Shown here in pieces: positions 60,993 to 64,000 of a DNA stretch of 64,000 nt. Numbering within the stretch: position 1 is the stretch's first letter; every line of letters begins with the position of its first letter. The DNA is from Candidatus Actinomarina sp. (GTDB taxonomy: Bacteria; Actinomycetota; Acidimicrobiia; Actinomarinales; Actinomarinaceae), in NCBI GenBank assembly GCA_041234785.1, contig JBEROH010000025.1:30444-94443 (forward strand), given 5' to 3'. Under the pieces are notes generated by a model. It saw only the letters and a list, made by a program, of their open reading frames with translations, did not search any database and had not been told where the DNA came from. Both the position numbers and the translations under genes were made by a program.

Positions 60993-62177
60993 ATGTCAAA
61001 AGAAAAATTTGACCGTAGCAAGCCTCATGTGAACGTGGGTACAATGGGACACATTGACCACGGTAAAACCACATTGACGGCCGCTATCACAAAAGTTTTA
61101 GCTGAAGCTGGTTCAGGTTCTGCAACAGCTTTTGAAGATATTGATAAAGCCCCTGAAGAGAGGGAAAGAGGTATAACAATTCAGATTGCTCACGTGGAGT
61201 ATGAAACAGCTAATAGGCACTATGCACACGTTGATATGCCTGGCCATGCTGATTATGTTAAAAACATGATTACTGGAGCTGCGCAAGTCGACGGAGCCAT
61301 TTTAGTTGTGTCTGCAGCTGATGGTCCGATGCCCCAAACTAGAGAGCATGTATTATTAGCTCGACAAGTTGGAGTACCAGCTATTGCTGTTTTCTTAAAT
61401 AAGGTCGATCAAGTAGATGATGAAGAACTTTTAGATCTTGTAGAAATGGAAGTAAGAGAATTACTTACTGCTTATGATTTCCCAGGTGATGATGTGCCAG
61501 TAGTTAGAGGCTCAGCACTTGCAGCTCTTGAAGGAAAAGAAGAAGGCATAAAAGCTGTTCTTGAATTAATGGAACAAGTAGATGCTTATATTGAAGAACC
61601 AGTGAGAATTGTAGACAAACCATTCTTAATGCCTGTTGAAGACGTATTTTCTATTACAGGTAGAGGTACTGTTGTCACAGGACGAATTGAACAAGGTATT
61701 GTAAATGTCAATGATGAAGTTGAAATTGTTGGTATTAGAGCAACATCAAAATCAGTTTGTACTGGTGTAGAAATGTTTAGAAAATTACTAGACGAGGGTA
61801 GAGCAGGCGATAATGTTGGTTTACTTTTAAGAGGCGTTGACAAAGAAGATGTTGAACGTGGTCAAGTAATTGCAAAACCGGGTTCTATAACTCCTCATAC
61901 AAAATTTGAGGCTGAAGTTTATGTATTAACTAAAGAAGAAGGAGGAAGGCACAATCCATTCTTCAAGGGTTATAGACCACAATTTTATTTCAGAACCACA
62001 GACGTAACAGGTGAAGTCAGTTTAGCTGAGGGTACTGAAATGGTAATGCCTGGCGATAATGTTTCCGTAACAGTGGAATTAATTTCTCCAATTGCTATGG
62101 AAGAAGGTGTTAAGTTCGCTATTAGAGAAGGTGGACGTACCGTTGGAGCAGGACAAGTAACTAAAGTTATTGAATAA
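60993..62177 (+). CDS. tuf: Elongation factor Tu
   Basis: 394 aa. [21 protein letters not shown]. Close to actinobacterial EF-Tu from memory. Confidence 0.95.
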   Translation: MSKEKFDRSKPHVNVGTMGHIDHGKTTLTAAITKVLAEAGSGSATAFEDIDKAPEERERGITIQIAHVEYETANRHYAHVDMPGHADYVKNMITGAAQVDGAILVVSAADGPMPQTREHVLLARQVGVPAIAVFLNKVDQVDDEELLDLVEMEVRELLTAYDFPGDDVPVVRGSALAALEGKEEGIKAVLELMEQVDAYIEEPVRIVDKPFLMPVEDVFSITGRGTVVTGRIEQGIVNVNDEVEIVGIRATSKSVCTGVEMFRKLLDEGRAGDNVGLLLRGVDKEDVERGQVIAKPGSITPHTKFEAEVYVLTKEEGGRHNPFFKGYRPQFYFRTTDVTGEVSLAEGTEMVMPGDNVSVTVELISPIAMEEGVKFAIREGGRTVGAGQVTKVIE

Positions 62178-62180
62178 TAA

Positions 62181-62220
62181 AAAAAAACCGGGAGTAGAAT
62201 TCGAACTCCCGGTTTTTTTT
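62181..62220 (+). terminator. Rho-independent terminator after tuf
   Basis: A-run, then stem CCGGGAGT...ACTCCCGG with a 9-nt loop, then T8. Confidence 0.8.
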
Positions 62221-62228
62221 GAGGAAAA

Positions 62229-62540
62229 ATGGCAAAACAACAACAGATAAGAATAAAGCTTAAAGCTTACGACAATTATGTCGTTGATGAGTCTGCGCGT
62301 AAAATAGCTGAAACAGTTTTAAAAACACAAGCAAAGGTAAAAGGGCCAGTTCCTTTACCTACTCAAATTCACCGCTACTGTGTTATTAGATCTCCTCATG
62401 TTGATAAAAAGTCTAGAGAACATTTTGAAATGAGAATTCATAAAAGGTTAATTGATATAATTGACCCTACTCCAAAAACAGTCGACTCGCTTATGAGATT
62501 AGACCTTCCCGCAGGCGTTGAAGTTGAGATAAAGTTATGA
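62229..62540 (+). CDS. rpsJ: 30S ribosomal protein S10
   Basis: 103 aa with typical S10 sequence. Confidence 0.95.
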   Translation: MAKQQQIRIKLKAYDNYVVDESARKIAETVLKTQAKVKGPVPLPTQIHRYCVIRSPHVDKKSREHFEMRIHKRLIDIIDPTPKTVDSLMRLDLPAGVEVEIKL

Positions 62541-63169
62541 ACACAATTATTGCTAAAAAAGTAGGTATGACTCAAATTTTTGATGAAAATTCAAACGCAC
62601 TTGGAGTAACAATACTTGATGTATCAAGTTGTAGAGTTGTACAAGTTAAAAATTTAACATCCGATGGTTATTCTGCTGTTCAGTTGACGATTGGAACAAA
62701 GAAAAATGTAACAAGACCTTTGAAGAATCATTTTAAAAAAAATAATTCAGAACCTGGTGAGGCAGTTTTTGAAGTAAAAGTTAATGATGACTTTAGTTTA
62801 AAACCTGGAACGCAAATTAACGTTAAAGACATTTTTGAAATTGGTCAAAAAGTCGACATAACAGGTATTACTAAGGGTAAAGGTTTTGCTGGTGTTATGA
62901 AAAAACATAACTTTTCGGGACAGAAAGCAAGTCACGGTGTTCACAAAGTGCATAGACATGGTGGCTCTATAGGAAACGCCTCATTTCCGGGACATGTTTT
63001 CAGAGGTCAAAAAATGCCTGGAAGAATGGGTAAAGAAAAAAGTACAACTCAATCTGTAACTATTGTTGCTCTAAATGAAGAAGAAAACTATATATTAGTT
63101 AATGGAGCTGTTCCCGGAAGCAAGGGAAATATTGTCAAAATTCAGAAATCTGTAAAGGTAAAATCATGA
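62537..63169 (+). CDS. rplC: 50S ribosomal protein L3
   Basis: 210 aa with typical L3. Confidence 0.95.
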   Translation: MNTIIAKKVGMTQIFDENSNALGVTILDVSSCRVVQVKNLTSDGYSAVQLTIGTKKNVTRPLKNHFKKNNSEPGEAVFEVKVNDDFSLKPGTQINVKDIFEIGQKVDITGITKGKGFAGVMKKHNFSGQKASHGVHKVHRHGGSIGNASFPGHVFRGQKMPGRMGKEKSTTQSVTIVALNEEENYILVNGAVPGSKGNIVKIQKSVKVKS

Positions 63170-63789
63170 GTATAAAAATTGATACCTTAAATATTGAAGA
63201 AAATAAAATTTCTAAAAAAGAATATAACTTCAATCTACATGATGATATAAATCTAGGATTGTTACATCAAGTAGTAAAAGCAAGTCGAACAAATTTTAGG
63301 AATAATACTGCGTCAGTTAAAACTAGGGCACAAGTCTCTGGTACTGGAGCAAAACCATGGGCTCAAAAAGGTACAGGTAGAGCCAGACAAGGTTCTTTAC
63401 GTGCACCACAATTTACCGGTGGCGGAATTGCACACGGTCCTGGAACAAGAGTTTACCAAGATCGTACTCCTAAAAAAATGAAGAGGAAAGCTTTAGAAAT
63501 GGCAATTTCTCAAAGAGTATCGGAAGGCTCAGTTTTTGTTGTTGATGGAAGTGGATATGAAAAGGCCTCTACCAAAATTGCAGCAAGCACATTAAAAGAG
63601 TTTGGTATAGATAAAAAGTTTACGTTTGTGTATACATCCGGTGATGAAAATTTATTTAAATCTTATAAAAATCTTAAAAATTCTAGATTAGTATCCGTTA
63701 AAAAATTAGCTGCTATTGATATAATATCTACTGACGATACAGTATTTTCTATAAATGCAATTAATGAACATCTTGGTGATAAGAAATGA
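63166..63789 (+). CDS. rplD: 50S ribosomal protein L4
   Basis: 207 aa with typical L4. Confidence 0.9.
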   Translation: MSIKIDTLNIEENKISKKEYNFNLHDDINLGLLHQVVKASRTNFRNNTASVKTRAQVSGTGAKPWAQKGTGRARQGSLRAPQFTGGGIAHGPGTRVYQDRTPKKMKRKALEMAISQRVSEGSVFVVDGSGYEKASTKIAASTLKEFGIDKKFTFVYTSGDENLFKSYKNLKNSRLVSVKKLAAIDIISTDDTVFSINAINEHLGDKK

Positions 63790-64000
63790 AATATTTAGAG
63801 GACGTACTAATTGCACCTGTAATTTCTGAGAAATCTTATGATAGAATCTCAGATTCAAATTCTTATACTTTCTTTGTTCACCCTAAGACTAATAAACCTG
63901 AAATTAAGAAAGCTGTTGAACAAATGTTCGATGTAAATGTTGTAAGGGTAAACACTATGTATCGTAAAGGTAAAAAGAGACGCTTCGGATATGTTCTCGG
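63786..64000 (+). CDS. rplW: 50S ribosomal protein L23 (3'-truncated by window end)
   Basis: ATGA overlap with rplD. Sequence ...[10 protein letters not shown] is typical of L23. The gene runs off the window. Confidence 0.85.
   Translation, partial: MKYLEDVLIAPVISEKSYDRISDSNSYTFFVHPKTNKPEIKKAVEQMFDVNVVRVNTMYRKGKKRRFGYVL

Noticed and set aside
1-64000. Genome-wide UGA=Gly (code 25) or UGA=Trp (code 4) reassignment suggested by the rpoC TGA
   Set aside because: Only one in-frame TGA was found among about 75 genes. Long conserved genes (rpoB 1130 aa, fusA, nuoG, nuoL) have none. tRNA-Trp has a CCA anticodon, and no tRNA with a UCA anticodon was seen. The taxonomic signal is actinobacterial, not Gracilibacteria/SR1 or Mollicutes.
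1-64000. CRISPR arrays, IS elements, integrases, prophage or rRNA genes
   Set aside because: None detected by eye. No long direct/inverted repeats or transposase-like ORFs.

Overview
This 64 kb window is AT-rich (roughly one-third GC by eye) with tight operons and appears to be chromosomal core sequence, not a mobile island. Gene order and protein similarities point to a low-GC, genome-streamlined actinobacterium. The evidence is tRNA-Tyr/Thr/Met-rpmG-(insert)-tRNA-Trp-secE-nusG-rplKA-rplJL-rpoBC-rpsLG-fusA-tuf-rpsJ-rplCDW, a Rex repressor with its operator in front of nuoA, an EF-Tu that matches actinobacterial EF-Tu as recalled from memory, and two complex I operons. Standard genetic code is assumed.

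Content from 5' to 3':
- CAP/SCP secreted protein (5'-partial), MATE efflux pump, rex (minus strand), and a geranylgeranyl-reductase-family flavoprotein.
- A Rex operator palindrome followed by a canonical 14-gene nuoA-N complex I operon (4.3-18.5 kb).
- An ABC-2 exporter, SRPBCC protein, lipoprotein, quinone oxidoreductase, tdk and a DUF454 protein.
- An Fbp/Afu-type ABC importer (binding protein, two-domain permease, ATPase).
- A heliorhodopsin, followed on the opposite strand by a DUF4349-like lipoprotein and an alkaline-phosphatase-superfamily enzyme.
- A second, 11-gene complex-I-like operon, nuoABCDHIJKLMN with no nuoE/F/G (30.8-40.8 kb), immediately followed by a MidA/NDUFAF7-family (DUF185) SAM methyltransferase, htpX, a rhodanese and a pfkB kinase.
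- A two-gene membrane/secreted pair on the minus strand.
- The tRNA/ribosomal-protein/RNA-polymerase/str/S10 region.

Most notable observations:
(i) A 14-subunit and an 11-subunit complex I operon coexist. The N-module-less one is physically coupled to a homologue of the eukaryotic complex I assembly arginine methyltransferase. Only the NuoD of that operon carries the Arg at the position methylated in mammals (copy 1 has Thr).
(ii) rpoC contains a single in-frame TGA exactly at a universally conserved Gly codon, and it is immediately followed by the conserved Met codon (TGAATG). This is either a genuinely split beta-prime, a recoding event, or an assembly error.
(iii) A heliorhodopsin with conserved Schiff-base Lys and counter-ion Glu, preceded by a short tandem repeat.
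(iv) A perfect 18-bp Rex operator (TTGTGAAATATTTCACAA) sits in front of nuoA of the 14-subunit operon but not the 11-subunit one.

No CRISPR arrays, IS elements, integrases or rRNA genes were seen.
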